This document shows, in pieces, positions 46,521 through 56,376 of a stretch of DNA of 64,000 nt. This stretch comes from an uncultured Thermoleophilia bacterium (lineage in GTDB: Bacteria > Actinomycetota > Thermoleophilia > UBA2241). The stretch lies in the NCBI GenBank assembly GCA_963831295.1, contig CAWHPR010000004.1:2026-66025 (forward strand). The letters are read 5' to 3'. The position numbers were made by a program, and so were the translations under genes. The notes below the pieces were generated by a model. It had not been told where the DNA came from and did not search any database. It saw nothing but the letters and a program-made list of their open reading frames with translations. Numbering within the stretch: the first letter of the stretch is position 1; each line of letters begins with the position of its first letter.

Positions 46521-46977
46521 ACAGGTGGCGCTCCAGCAGCAGCGAGGCGTCGGTGAAGCCCAGCCGCCGATAGAGCCGCTGGGCGCCCTCGTTCTCGAGC
46601 CCCGTGGAGATGCCGATCTCGGCCACGCCGAGCCCTTCGAGATGCGCCATCGTGTGGCGCAGGAGCGCGGTGCCGACGCCGCGCCCGCGGTGGGCCGCGG
46701 TCACGACCGCCTCGTCGACGGTGGCGCAGTCGGCGGCGTGGTACAGCCCGGGGAAGAGGAACCAGGTGACGACGCCGATGACCTCGCTCTCGATGTCGGC
46801 GACGAACGCGCCTGCGTCCCCCCGGGCGAGGAAGGCCTCGACCCAGGAGGGCTCGATCGCCGAGCGCTCGCCGAAGGCGGCCGCCATCTCGCGGATGAGG
46901 GCGGTGATCGCGGCGGCGTCGGCCGCCCCCGCCGCCCTGATCGTCGGTGACACGCCTGTTCGAGCGTCGTCCCTCAC
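46519..46977 (-). CDS. GNAT-family N-acetyltransferase
   Basis: RGRGVGTALLRHTMAHLEGLG...AQRLYRRLGF. Confidence 0.75.
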   Translation of the reverse strand: MRDDARTGVSPTIRAAGAADAAAITALIREMAAAFGERSAIEPSWVEAFLARGDAGAFVADIESEVIGVVTWFLFPGLYHAADCATVDEAVVTAAHRGRGVGTALLRHTMAHLEGLGVAEIGISTGLENEGAQRLYRRLGFTDASLLLERHL

Positions 46978-47062
46978 CCGGCCTCCTTGTGCGACGTCTC
47001 ACATGAGCCGCCGACCACGTAGTATATGGGGAGTCCGTGAGTCCGTCCTGCTGGAGGAGCGC

Positions 47063-48343
47063 GTGAACTTCGAGACCTCTGCCCGCCTCTTCGAGGAGGC
47101 CCTCAACTACATCCCCGGTGGCGTCAACTCGCCTGTGCGGGCGATGAAGGGTGTCGGCAGACCGCACCCGCTCTTCATCGCCAAGGCGCGCGGCGCCCAC
47201 GTCTGGGACGCCGACGGCAACGAGTACGTCGACTTCATCTCTTCGTGGGGTCCGATGATCCTCGGCTGGGGCCACCCTCAGGTGCTGCAGCGGTTGCATG
47301 CGGCGCTCGAGGAGGGCACCAGTTTCGGCGCGCCGACGGCCCTCGAGATCGAGCTCGCCCGCCTCATCTGCGAGGCGGTGCCGTCGATCGAGCTCGTCCG
47401 CATGGTCAACTCCGGCACCGAGGCCACGATGAGCGCCGTGCGCGTCGCCCGCGGCGCGACCGGCCGCGAGAAGATCGTCAAGTTCGTCGGTTGCTACCAC
47501 GGCCACTCCGACGCCTTTCTCGCCGCGGCCGGCAGCGGCGTCCTCACCCTGTCGCTGCCCGACAGCCCTGGGGTCACGAAGGGGACGACGGCCGACACCC
47601 TCCTTCTCGAGTACAACGACGTCGAGGGCCTCGAGCGCCTCTTCGAGGAGTCGGGCGAGCAGATCGCCTGCGTCATCGTCGAGCCCATCGCCGGCAACAT
47701 GGGCGTCGTACCTCCGGTGCAGGGCTTCCTGGAGGCGGCGCGCCGCCTGTGCAACGAGTACGGTGCGCTGCTCGTCTTCGACGAGGTCATCACCGGCTTC
47801 AGAGTCGCGTGGGGCGGCGCGCAGGAGCGCTTCGGCGTGATCCCCGACCTCACGACGCTCGGCAAGATCATCGGCGGCGGCCTGCCGGTCGGGGCCTTCG
47901 GCGGCCGCCGCGAGCTGATGGAGACGGTCGCGCCGCTCGGGGCGACCTATCAGGCCGGCACGCTCGCCGGCAATCCGCTGGCGATGGCAGCCGGGGCCGC
48001 TACGCTCGGCGTGCTCTCGGAGCCCGGGGTGTACGAGGGCCTCGAAGCGCTGGGGGCCCGCGTCGAGAGCGGGCTGCGAGAGGCCGCGGGCGACACCCCC
48101 GTCACGATCAACCGCGTCGGGGCGATGCTGACCATGTTCTTCTGCGAGGGTCCCGTGGCGGGATGGGGCGACGCGAAGCGCGCCGACACGGCGGCTTTCG
48201 CGCGCTATCACGGCCACATGCTCGAGCGCGGCGTGTACCTGGCGCCGTCGCAGTTCGAGGCGACGATGGTCTCGCTCGCCCTGACCGACGCCGACCTGCG
48301 CCAGGCGCAGGAGGCCGCCGCCGCCTTCTTCGCGGCGGCCTGA
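47063..48343 (+). CDS. hemL: Glutamate-1-semialdehyde 2,1-aminomutase
   Basis: GTG at 47063 follows ggaggag. GGVNSPVRA, MVNSGTEATM, DEVITGFR, PLP-lysine TLGKIIGGG, GTLAGNPLAMAAG. Confidence 0.9.
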   Translation: MNFETSARLFEEALNYIPGGVNSPVRAMKGVGRPHPLFIAKARGAHVWDADGNEYVDFISSWGPMILGWGHPQVLQRLHAALEEGTSFGAPTALEIELARLICEAVPSIELVRMVNSGTEATMSAVRVARGATGREKIVKFVGCYHGHSDAFLAAAGSGVLTLSLPDSPGVTKGTTADTLLLEYNDVEGLERLFEESGEQIACVIVEPIAGNMGVVPPVQGFLEAARRLCNEYGALLVFDEVITGFRVAWGGAQERFGVIPDLTTLGKIIGGGLPVGAFGGRRELMETVAPLGATYQAGTLAGNPLAMAAGAATLGVLSEPGVYEGLEALGARVESGLREAAGDTPVTINRVGAMLTMFFCEGPVAGWGDAKRADTAAFARYHGHMLERGVYLAPSQFEATMVSLALTDADLRQAQEAAAAFFAAA

Positions 48344-48355
48344 CGAGGAGGCCCC

Positions 48356-48997
48356 GTGCGCAACGTCGATCGAAGGGACGTACCGACGGTCACCGTCCCG
48401 CGGCTCGCCCTCTACCTCCGCAAGCTGCGCGAGTTGCGTGCGCGCGGCGTCGAGCGCGTCTCCTCGAAGGACCTCGCCGAGATGATCGACCTCAACGCCG
48501 CGCAGATCCGCAAGGACTTCTCCTACTTCGGCGAGTTCGGTACGCGCGGCGTCGGCTACGAGGCCGAGAGCCTCGTCGAGGTCATCACACGTTCACTCGG
48601 GCTGCACCGGACCTGGAACGTGGTCATCGTCGGCGCCGGCCCCCTCGGCACGGCGCTCGCGCGCTACCGCGGTTTCGGCGAGCAGGGGTTCAGGCTGACC
48701 GCGATGTTCGACAGCTCCGCGACGGTCATAGGGGCGAACTACGGCGAGGGCAGGGTGCGCAGCGTGGTCGAGCTCGAGGAGTACTGCGCGGCGGAGCGCG
48801 TCGACATCGCCGTGGTGAGCGTTCCGGCGAGCGAGGCGCAGGCCACGATCGAGCGACTCGTGGCGGCCGGGGTACGTGCGATCCTCAACTTCGCACCGGT
48901 CCGGGTCCACACGCCCGACGAGGTGCTCGTTCGCCAGGTCGACCTCTCGAGCGAGCTCATGGCGCTGTCCTTCCACCTCGATCGGGAGTCGGACTAG
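48356..48997 (+). CDS. rex: Redox-sensing transcriptional repressor Rex
   Basis: RLALYLRKL...SSKDLAEMIDLNAAQIRKDFSYFGEFGTRGVGY and the Rossmann fold VVIVGAGPLGTAL. Confidence 0.9.
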   Translation: MRNVDRRDVPTVTVPRLALYLRKLRELRARGVERVSSKDLAEMIDLNAAQIRKDFSYFGEFGTRGVGYEAESLVEVITRSLGLHRTWNVVIVGAGPLGTALARYRGFGEQGFRLTAMFDSSATVIGANYGEGRVRSVVELEEYCAAERVDIAVVSVPASEAQATIERLVAAGVRAILNFAPVRVHTPDEVLVRQVDLSSELMALSFHLDRESD

Positions 48998-49094
48998 GCG
49001 CGCGGCGTCAGGCGCCTCGCAGCCCTACCCGGCTCCCGGTCCGAGTCTCCCAAGGGCCGACGCTGCTGACGATCCGAAGCGGCAGGACCTAGTT

Positions 49095-49263
49095 GCATGA
49101 ATCTGATGCAGTACAACTACATGTATTGTTGTTGACACTGCATCCCCCCGATGATAGATATCTGTTGTTCCTTCTGCCGTCCAATGTGGGGGGGGACGAG
49201 AGGCCGACCAAGGGCCTCTCGCTGCAAGCTCGGGGGACAGGTGGCGCCGTCACCTGACCGCAC
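49095..49263 (+). promoter_or_regulatory. Copy 1 of a 169-nt module: AT-rich dyad, TTGACA-N17-TAGATA promoter, three-hairpin leader
   Basis: Gapless alignment to 57839-58007 gives 151/169 identical, with the first 52 nt identical. ttgaca at 49131-49136, tagata at 49154-49159. Hairpins at 49169-49194, 49197-49219 and 49237-49255. Confidence 0.6.
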
Positions 49264-49303
49264 AGTTGACTACTCAGTTGACCGCCGACCGATCGGAGAC
49301 GCC

Positions 49304-50914
49304 ATGGTGTGGGAAAGCAACAGCTACACGCGCAGGCAGGTGCTCAAGGCGGGAGCCGCCGGCGCGGGTCTGCTGGCCCTGGGTCCGCTGGCGGCGGCGT
49401 GCGGCTCCGAGTCCGAGACCTCGACGTCCGCCGCCGGGTCCGGCCCCAAGACCGGCGGCTCGCTCATCATCGGTCGCCACGACCAGCCGACGGTCCAGGC
49501 AGTCGGGCTGGACCCGCACAACTGCGCGGTCAGCAGCGGCAACGTGTACACGCTCGACAAGATGTACGAGCCGCTGTACGTGACCGACGCGGCCGGCAAG
49601 CTGCAGCCGCTCATGGTCCAGGAGCACAGCGTGAGCAGCGACGGTCTCGTCTACACGCTCATCCTCAAGGAGGGCATCCTGTTCTCCGACGGCGCGGCGG
49701 TGACGGCCGACGACGTGGCTTGGTCGCTCAACCGTGCCCGGCTCAGCGAGACGGGGTCGATGAGCTTCCTGAACTTCGCCATCGCCGACGTGAAGGCGGC
49801 CGACGCGGGTACGGTCGAGATCACGCTCTCGCAGCCATGGGCGCCGCTGCTCTCCGACCTCTCCATCTACTCCGATGCCATCCTGCCCAAGGACCTGCGC
49901 GGCATGTCCGACAAGGAGTTCTTCGCGAACCCGATCGGGACCGGCCCGTTCGTGCTCAAGAGCTGGGAGCAGGAAGGCGCCCTGATCACCCTGGCGCGCA
50001 ACGACAACTACTGGCAGAGCGGCAAGCCCTACGTCGACGAAGTCGTCTTCAAGCTCATCTCCGACGACAACCAGCGGATGCTGCAGCTGCAGAGCGGCGA
50101 CATCCAGATCGCCGACGCAGTGCCGCCGGCCCAGGTCGAGTCGTTGAAGGCCGACGGCAACCTGAGCATCGGCGTCTTCCCCGCGTGGTCGACAGACCTC
50201 TTCCTCTTCAACCATCTGGTCGACCACTACGCGGACCGCAACGTGAGGCGGGCGATCGCCCAGACCATCGACACCGCGAAGATCGTCGAGTCGACGACGT
50301 TCGGCATCTCAGAGGCCGGCGGCTCGTTCTTCCCGCCCAGCCTCGAGTACTACGACCCCGCGACGCCGGTGCTCAAGTACGACCTTGAGGCGGCGAAGGC
50401 CGATCTGGCCGCGTCCGGTTTCCCGGACGGTTTCAAGAGCGAGATCCTGATCCCCAGCGGCGACAAGGTGTGGAACCTGGCCGCGCAGATCATCCAGGCC
50501 GGCGCGGCGGAGCTGGGCATCGACTACACGATCAAGCAGCTGGACCAGGCTGCCTACCAGAACGCCTTCCGCAGCTTCGAGTTCGAGACCTTCATCAACA
50601 ACGCGATCAACGACATCACCGACCCCGACGAGATGGCCTCGTTCCAGTGCGACAACGAGTACGGCGGCTCCAACTGCTTCTGGAGCAACTACGACAACCA
50701 GGATCTGGCCGAGGTCGTGCGTGCGGCGGCCGCCGAGATGGACACGGCGAAGCGCGCCGAGATGTACGCGGAGATCCAGGCGACGGTCGCCCAGGACGCG
50801 CCGTACGTGGCCCTGAGCTACCCGCCCTCGGTCTTTGGCTCGACCACCACGGTGAACGCCTTTGGCGTGAACCCCGCGGGCGCTTATCCGCTGGAGGGTG
50901 TCTGGTTGGCGTGA
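49304..50914 (+). CDS. ABC transporter substrate-binding protein, family 5 (peptide/opine/nickel type), Tat signal plus lipobox
   Basis: ATG at 49304. SYTRRQVLKAGAAGAGLLALGPLAAAC. Family-5 SBP body. Confidence 0.85.
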   Translation: MVWESNSYTRRQVLKAGAAGAGLLALGPLAAACGSESETSTSAAGSGPKTGGSLIIGRHDQPTVQAVGLDPHNCAVSSGNVYTLDKMYEPLYVTDAAGKLQPLMVQEHSVSSDGLVYTLILKEGILFSDGAAVTADDVAWSLNRARLSETGSMSFLNFAIADVKAADAGTVEITLSQPWAPLLSDLSIYSDAILPKDLRGMSDKEFFANPIGTGPFVLKSWEQEGALITLARNDNYWQSGKPYVDEVVFKLISDDNQRMLQLQSGDIQIADAVPPAQVESLKADGNLSIGVFPAWSTDLFLFNHLVDHYADRNVRRAIAQTIDTAKIVESTTFGISEAGGSFFPPSLEYYDPATPVLKYDLEAAKADLAASGFPDGFKSEILIPSGDKVWNLAAQIIQAGAAELGIDYTIKQLDQAAYQNAFRSFEFETFINNAINDITDPDEMASFQCDNEYGGSNCFWSNYDNQDLAEVVRAAAAEMDTAKRAEMYAEIQATVAQDAPYVALSYPPSVFGSTTTVNAFGVNPAGAYPLEGVWLA

Positions 50915-50957
50915 CGCCCGTTCGCTCCAACTACGGGATCGACTGAGGAGGCGGCGT

Positions 50958-51887
50958 ATGTACGTCCTGCGCCGCCTCCTTCAGGCCGTCCCTGTCGTGA
51001 TCGGCATCGTCGTCGTCGTGTTCTTCATGCTGCGGCTCATCCCCGGGGACCCGGCGGCGACGTTGCTGGGGACGCACGCCACCCCGGAGGCCATCCAGCT
51101 GCTGCGCGACCGCTGGGGGCTCGACGAGCCTGTCTGGGTGCAGTTCTGGATGTTCCTCAAGCAGCTCGCCCACGGCGACACGGGCCAGTCGCTGTTCTAC
51201 GAGGTCCCGACGCGCGAGCTGATCGCCAATCGCGTCCCGGTCACCGTCGCCCTCGTCGCGCTGGCGGCGACGTTCGCGGTGCTCATCTCCGTGCCACTTG
51301 CGACGTACGCGGCCGTGCACAAGGACCGCCTGCCCGACCACGTCATCCGCATGGTGCCGCTGGTCGGGCTCGGCATGCCGTCCTTCTGGGTCGGCCTGGT
51401 GCTGATCCTGATCTTCGCCGTACGGCTCGGCTGGTTCCCGGTCGGGGGGTGGGGTGAGACGATTCCTGAGCACATCTACGGGCTCATCCTGCCGGCGCTC
51501 ACCTCGGCGCTGGGCATCGTGCCCCTGTTGGTGCGCAGCCTGCGTGCCGGCATGCTCGAGGTGCTGGAGGCCGACTACGTGGCGGTCGCGAGGTCGAAGG
51601 GCATCCGCGAGACCCGCGTGCTGATCGTCCACGTGGCGCGCAACGCCTTCGTGCCGACCCTCACGCTGCTGGGCATCAACATCGCGTTCCTCATGGGGGC
51701 GACCGTGGTGGTGGAGCGCGTCTTCCAGCTGAACGGGCTCGGGAGCCTCATGCTCACCTCGATCAGCAACCGGGACTTCCCGGTCGTCCAGGGCGTCACC
51801 ATCATCTTCGCCCTTGCCGTCGTCGCGATCACTCTCGTCACCGATCTCGTGGCCGCGGCGACCGATCCCCGGATCAGGCTGTCATGA
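50958..51887 (+). CDS. ABC peptide-type transporter permease (DppB/OppB-like)
   Basis: MYVLRRLLQAVPVVIGIVVVVFFMLRLIPGDP. EAA-loop region present. Confidence 0.85.
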   Translation: MYVLRRLLQAVPVVIGIVVVVFFMLRLIPGDPAATLLGTHATPEAIQLLRDRWGLDEPVWVQFWMFLKQLAHGDTGQSLFYEVPTRELIANRVPVTVALVALAATFAVLISVPLATYAAVHKDRLPDHVIRMVPLVGLGMPSFWVGLVLILIFAVRLGWFPVGGWGETIPEHIYGLILPALTSALGIVPLLVRSLRAGMLEVLEADYVAVARSKGIRETRVLIVHVARNAFVPTLTLLGINIAFLMGATVVVERVFQLNGLGSLMLTSISNRDFPVVQGVTIIFALAVVAITLVTDLVAAATDPRIRLS

Positions 51888-52777
51888 GCACTCCCGGAAT
51901 CGTCACCGCAGGCGGCAGTGAGCAGGCCGTAGCCCTGGAGGGCTTCGTCGTCCGCTCCCATCCGACGCTGCGCAAGGCACTGCGCAACCGCTCGCTGCTG
52001 CTGGGCGCGGGCGTCATCGGCAGTCTGGTGCTCGTCGCGCTCCTGGCTCCGTGGATCGCGCGCTACGACCCCCTTGAGCAAGACCTCATGGCGACGCTGC
52101 AGCTCCCGTCCTGGGGGCACTGGCTGGGCACCGACGAGCTCGGCAGGGACGTGTGGTCGAGGCTCGTGTGGGCGGCCCGGTTCGACCTCGCCACCGGGTT
52201 CTTCGTCGTCCTCTTCCCGTTCGCCTTCGGCACGCTCATCGGCACGCTTGCCGGCTACTACGGCGGCTGGATCGACACCGTGCTCAGTCGCATCGTTGAC
52301 GTGGTCATGGCCTTCCCGTACTACATTCTGATCATCACGCTGGTGTTCGTGGTGGGCGAGGGCATCCGCGGCATCTTCATCGCCTTCGCGCTGGCCGACT
52401 GGGTGACGTATGCGCGCACGGTGCGCAGCACCACACTGGTGGCGCGTCGCATGGAGTGGGTCGCCGCTGCGCGCAGCGGCGGCCTCTCGGACCGACGCGT
52501 CATCGTGCGTCACATCTTGCCCAACACGATCACCCAGGCCGTCGTCTACGCGATGTCCGACGTGGTCTACGTGATCCTCGCGGTCGTCACTCTCGGCTAC
52601 CTGGGTCTGGGCATCCAGGCGCCGCAACCTGACTGGGGGTCCATGATCTTCGACGGACAGCTCTTCATGACCACGCGCTGGTGGCTGTCGACCATCCCCG
52701 GTCTCTGTGTGGTCGTCACCGGGATCGGACTGTCCCTGTTCGGCGACGGCCTGGCCGACGTGTTGCGCCCCGAATGA
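51884..52777 (+). CDS. ABC peptide-type transporter permease (DppC/OppC-like)
   Basis: ATGA overlap with the upstream gene. HWLGTDELGRDVWSRLVW. Confidence 0.85.
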   Translation: MSTPGIVTAGGSEQAVALEGFVVRSHPTLRKALRNRSLLLGAGVIGSLVLVALLAPWIARYDPLEQDLMATLQLPSWGHWLGTDELGRDVWSRLVWAARFDLATGFFVVLFPFAFGTLIGTLAGYYGGWIDTVLSRIVDVVMAFPYYILIITLVFVVGEGIRGIFIAFALADWVTYARTVRSTTLVARRMEWVAAARSGGLSDRRVIVRHILPNTITQAVVYAMSDVVYVILAVVTLGYLGLGIQAPQPDWGSMIFDGQLFMTTRWWLSTIPGLCVVVTGIGLSLFGDGLADVLRPE

Positions 52778-53838
52778 CCACCCCGGCTCTCCATGTCGAT
52801 CGGCTCGCGGTCGAGATCTCAAGGGGCGGCGAGAGCTTCCGTGCCGTCGACGACGTCTCGTTCAGCGTCGCACCCGCCCGTTCTGTCGGGGTCGTGGGTG
52901 AGTCCGGATGCGGCAAAAGCATCAGCCTGCGCGCGATCATGGGGCTTCTCCCCGACGCGGCGCGCGCCGTGTCCGGCAGCGTCAGCGTCCACGGCACCGA
53001 GTTGCCCCTGGAGGGCAAGAAGGCGGCACGGGCGCGGCGTGGGCACCTCGCGATGATCTTCCAGGATCCCGGGACCGCGTTGAACCCGGTGCAGAAGGTC
53101 GGTGACCAGATCGCCGAGACGCCGCGCCTGGTGCTGGGCGAGTCGAAGGCGCGGGCTCGTGCCCGCGCCCTGGAACTGCTGAACCACGTGGGCATCGCCG
53201 ACCCCGAGCACCGCTACGACAGCTATCCGTTCGAGCTCTCGGGGGGGACGCGGCAGCGGGTGATGATCGCCATCGCGCTGGCCTCGCAGCCCAAAGTGCT
53301 CCTCTGCGACGAACCCACCACGGCGCTCGACGTGACGATCCAGGCGCAGATCCTGCGCCTGCTGGTCGATCTGCGCGAGGAGATGGGGCTCGCGGTCGTG
53401 TTCGTGACGCACGAGCTGGCGCTCGTCGGTCAGCTGTGCGAGGACGTCTGCGTCATGTACGCGAGCCGGCTCGTAGAGACCGGCCCCACGTCGGCCGTGC
53501 TGGAGCGCCCGCTTCACCCGTACACGCTCGGACTGCTGCGCTCGGCGGTCGACCTGGATGAGGATCTGGAGGCGCCCAAGCCGATTCCCGGCAGCCTGCC
53601 GGACCCGGCGCGGCGTCCGGCGGGGTGCCCGTTCCACCCCAGGTGCTTCCTTGCGACCCCCGAGTGCGCGACCAGTCCGGTCAGCCTGGCGGACCTGGGC
53701 GCGGGTCGCGCCAGCGCCTGCCTGCACGTGGACCGGCTCGTCGCCGAAGACGGCCAAGCGCTGCTCGAGCAGGCCACGCGGGCCGTCGCCGACCGTCGAG
53801 CAGACCGGGCCGACGCCACGGACGGTGGCGATGACTGA
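52774..53838 (+). CDS. ABC transporter ATP-binding protein (DppD/OppD-like)
   Basis: ATGA overlap. [32 protein letters not shown]-terminal oligopeptide-type extension HPYT. Confidence 0.9.
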   Translation: MTTPALHVDRLAVEISRGGESFRAVDDVSFSVAPARSVGVVGESGCGKSISLRAIMGLLPDAARAVSGSVSVHGTELPLEGKKAARARRGHLAMIFQDPGTALNPVQKVGDQIAETPRLVLGESKARARARALELLNHVGIADPEHRYDSYPFELSGGTRQRVMIAIALASQPKVLLCDEPTTALDVTIQAQILRLLVDLREEMGLAVVFVTHELALVGQLCEDVCVMYASRLVETGPTSAVLERPLHPYTLGLLRSAVDLDEDLEAPKPIPGSLPDPARRPAGCPFHPRCFLATPECATSPVSLADLGAGRASACLHVDRLVAEDGQALLEQATRAVADRRADRADATDGGDD

Positions 53839-54826
53839 GCCTCTGCTTGCGGTGCGCGATCTCAAGGCCACCTTCGACGTGCCCGGCTATGGGGTGGTCC
53901 GCGCCGTGGACGGTGTGTCGCTGGACGTGGCGGCCGGCGAGATCGTCGGGCTCGTCGGCGAGTCTGGATGCGGCAAGTCGACCATCGGCCGCTGCATCAC
54001 GGGCCAGCTGGAGCCCGACAGCGGCAAGATGCTGCTCGACGGCGCCGCGCTGGACAGCCGCCGGTCCTCGGAGCGGCGGAGAGCGGTGCAGATGGTCTTC
54101 CAGGACCCGGCGTCGTCGCTCAACCCACGGATGTCCGTCCGCGCGGTGCTGGCGGAGCTGCTGCGCGTGCACAGACTGGTGCCCAAGGACCAGGTCGAAC
54201 GCCGCTGCCGCGAGCTCATGGGGTTGGTCGGCATGCCGGACGAGGCACTCGACGGGCATCCGCATCAGTTCTCGGGGGGGCAGCGGCAACGCATCGCCAT
54301 CGCCCGGGCGCTGGCCGTGGAGCCCCGGCTGCTGATCGCCGACGAACCGGTCTCCGCGCTGGACGTGTCCGTGCAGGCGACGATCCTGCAGCTGTTCGAC
54401 GACCTGCGGCATCGACTCGGGCTGGCCGTGCTGCTCATCTCGCACAACCTGGCGGTGGTCAGGTACCTCTCGGACAAGGTGGCGGTCATGTACCTGGGCA
54501 GCATCGCCGAGATAGCCGACCGCGACACCCTGTTCAGCGACCCCCGCGCCCCCTACACCCGCGTGCTGCTCGAGGCCGCGCCTCGGCTGAGGCAGGTAGG
54601 CAAGGCACCGGAGCCGGGGCTCAAAGGGGATCCGCCGAGCGCCGTGAACGTCCCCGCGGGCTGTCGGTTCCACACGCGCTGTCCGCGGGCGGAGGAGCGC
54701 TGTGCGCTGGAGGAGCCGGCCCTGTCGCCCGTCGCCGACGGGCCGGTCCCGGCCGGCGCCCAGCCGCATCTCGCAGCCTGCCACTTCCGGGCGGAGCGCG
54801 GCGGAGCGCCGGGGAGTGCCACGTGA
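53831..54826 (+). CDS. ABC transporter ATP-binding protein (DppF/OppF-like)
   Basis: [37 protein letters not shown]. Confidence 0.9.
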   Translation: MTEPLLAVRDLKATFDVPGYGVVRAVDGVSLDVAAGEIVGLVGESGCGKSTIGRCITGQLEPDSGKMLLDGAALDSRRSSERRRAVQMVFQDPASSLNPRMSVRAVLAELLRVHRLVPKDQVERRCRELMGLVGMPDEALDGHPHQFSGGQRQRIAIARALAVEPRLLIADEPVSALDVSVQATILQLFDDLRHRLGLAVLLISHNLAVVRYLSDKVAVMYLGSIAEIADRDTLFSDPRAPYTRVLLEAAPRLRQVGKAPEPGLKGDPPSAVNVPAGCRFHTRCPRAEERCALEEPALSPVADGPVPAGAQPHLAACHFRAERGGAPGSAT

Positions 54827-56376
54827 CCGCGGCCGGGCGACGGCCGGATCGCGCTCTCGGCTCTCGCTCATACTCGGCGGACGGCTTGAAGGCTGCCCTC
54901 GAGGACTTCGTCGGCCGCCGCCCCGAGTACGCCGGGACGGCCGCGCTCGATGGGCTGCGCGCCGCGGAGTACGCGCGCCTCGACCGCGCGGGTCACACCT
55001 ACCTGGACTACACGGGCGGCGGCCAGTACGCGGAGTGCCAGCTGGCCCGCCACCACGCGCTGTTGAGCGAACGCGTGCTCGGCAACCCCCATTCGCACAA
55101 CCCGAGCTCAGCCGCGTCCACCAGGCTGGTGCAGGACGCTCGCGACGCCGTGAGGGATCTGTTCAACGCCGCGGACGACGAGTACGAGGTGATCTTCACG
55201 GCCAACGCCAGCGGTGCCCTCAAGCTCGTCGGCGAGGCGTATCCGTTCCAGCCAGGCGGCGTCTTCCTGCTGAGCTACGACAATCACAACTCCGTCAACG
55301 GCATCCGAGAATTCGCGCATGCGAAGGGCGCCGTGACCTCGTACGTCCCCGTCCGCCGGTCGGACCTGCGGCTCGATGAACGAGCCTTGAGACGCGCGCT
55401 GCGCGCGGTCACCCCAGGGACCGATCACCTCTTCGCGTACCCGGCTCAGTCGAACTTCAGCGGCGTGCAGCATCCCTTGGAGTGGGTGGCGGAGGCGCAT
55501 GAGCACGGCTGGGACGTCATCATCGACTGCGCCGCCTTCGCGCCCACCAATCGGCTGGACCTGGGCGTCGTCAAGCCGGACTTCGTCTGCGTGTCGTTCT
55601 ACAAGCTCTTCGGCTACCCCACCGGCGTCGGCGCGCTCGTCGCGCGTCGCGACAGCCTGGCCAAGCTGCGGCGGCCCTGGTTCTCCGGCGGCACGATCAC
55701 CGTCGCCTCCGTGCAGGACGAGGGATGGTACCGGTTGGCCCCGCCGCCGGCCTGTTTCGAAGACGGGACGGTCGACTACCTGGGCCTGCCGGCGGTCATC
55801 ATCGGTGTCGAGTACCTTCAGTCGATCGGCGTGGAGACGATCCACACGCGAGTCATGGCGCTGGCCGGCTGGCTTCTCGAGGAGCTGAGCATGCTGCGCC
55901 ACAGCGATGGTGCTCCGATGGTGCGCATCTTCGGTCCACCTGACACTGCGCAGCGCGGCGCCACGATCGCCCTCTACCTGCTGGACCCCGACGGCCGTCC
56001 GTACAACGTCTACGACGTCGAGACGGCCGCCGGGCGGGAGCTCATCTCGATCCGCACGGGCTGCTTCTGCAATCCGGGTGACGGCGAGGTCGCGCACGAC
56101 ATCACCCACGACGACATGCAGCGCTGCTTCGATGAACCGGCCGCCGTGGTCAGCCTGATGGAGTGCCAGCAGATCATCGAGGACGCCACCGGCAAGGTGC
56201 CGAACACCATCCGCGTCTCGCTGGGTGTGGCCTCGGACTTCGCCGACGTGTACCGCTTCATGACGTTCGTTGCCGGGTATCGCGACCGTGCCGCCAACGT
56301 GCAGACGGGGGCTCAGTCGGATCGCGGCCGCCCCGGATGTGCCGACTGCCCTACGTGCTCAGCCGCGGATGCGTGA
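54823..56376 (+). CDS. Class-V PLP enzyme closely resembling the NifS-like N-terminal domain of molybdenum cofactor sulfurase (MOCOS/ABA3); no MOSC domain
   Basis: GTGA overlap with the upstream ATPase. GNPHS, IFTANASGALKLVGEAYPF, LFAYPAQSNFSGVQHPLEW, SFYKLFGYPTGVGALV (PLP Lys), FEDGTVDYL, IRTGCFCNPG (persulfide Cys). Confidence 0.75.
   Translation: MTAAGRRPDRALGSRSYSADGLKAALEDFVGRRPEYAGTAALDGLRAAEYARLDRAGHTYLDYTGGGQYAECQLARHHALLSERVLGNPHSHNPSSAASTRLVQDARDAVRDLFNAADDEYEVIFTANASGALKLVGEAYPFQPGGVFLLSYDNHNSVNGIREFAHAKGAVTSYVPVRRSDLRLDERALRRALRAVTPGTDHLFAYPAQSNFSGVQHPLEWVAEAHEHGWDVIIDCAAFAPTNRLDLGVVKPDFVCVSFYKLFGYPTGVGALVARRDSLAKLRRPWFSGGTITVASVQDEGWYRLAPPPACFEDGTVDYLGLPAVIIGVEYLQSIGVETIHTRVMALAGWLLEELSMLRHSDGAPMVRIFGPPDTAQRGATIALYLLDPDGRPYNVYDVETAAGRELISIRTGCFCNPGDGEVAHDITHDDMQRCFDEPAAVVSLMECQQIIEDATGKVPNTIRVSLGVASDFADVYRFMTFVAGYRDRAANVQTGAQSDRGRPGCADCPTCSAADA

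Noticed and set aside
46521-48217. N-terminal about 565 codons of the 743-aa minus-strand ORF 45986-48217
   Set aside because: This part is antisense to hemL and to the other GNAT gene. Only the last 178 codons (45986-46520) look like a real GNAT protein.
49095-49263. Assignment of the conserved leader to a known riboswitch class (purine, ZTP, cobalamin, TPP, SAM, c-di-GMP/AMP)
   Set aside because: I could not find the characteristic conserved cores by eye. I leave it as an unclassified candidate pending a covariance-model search.
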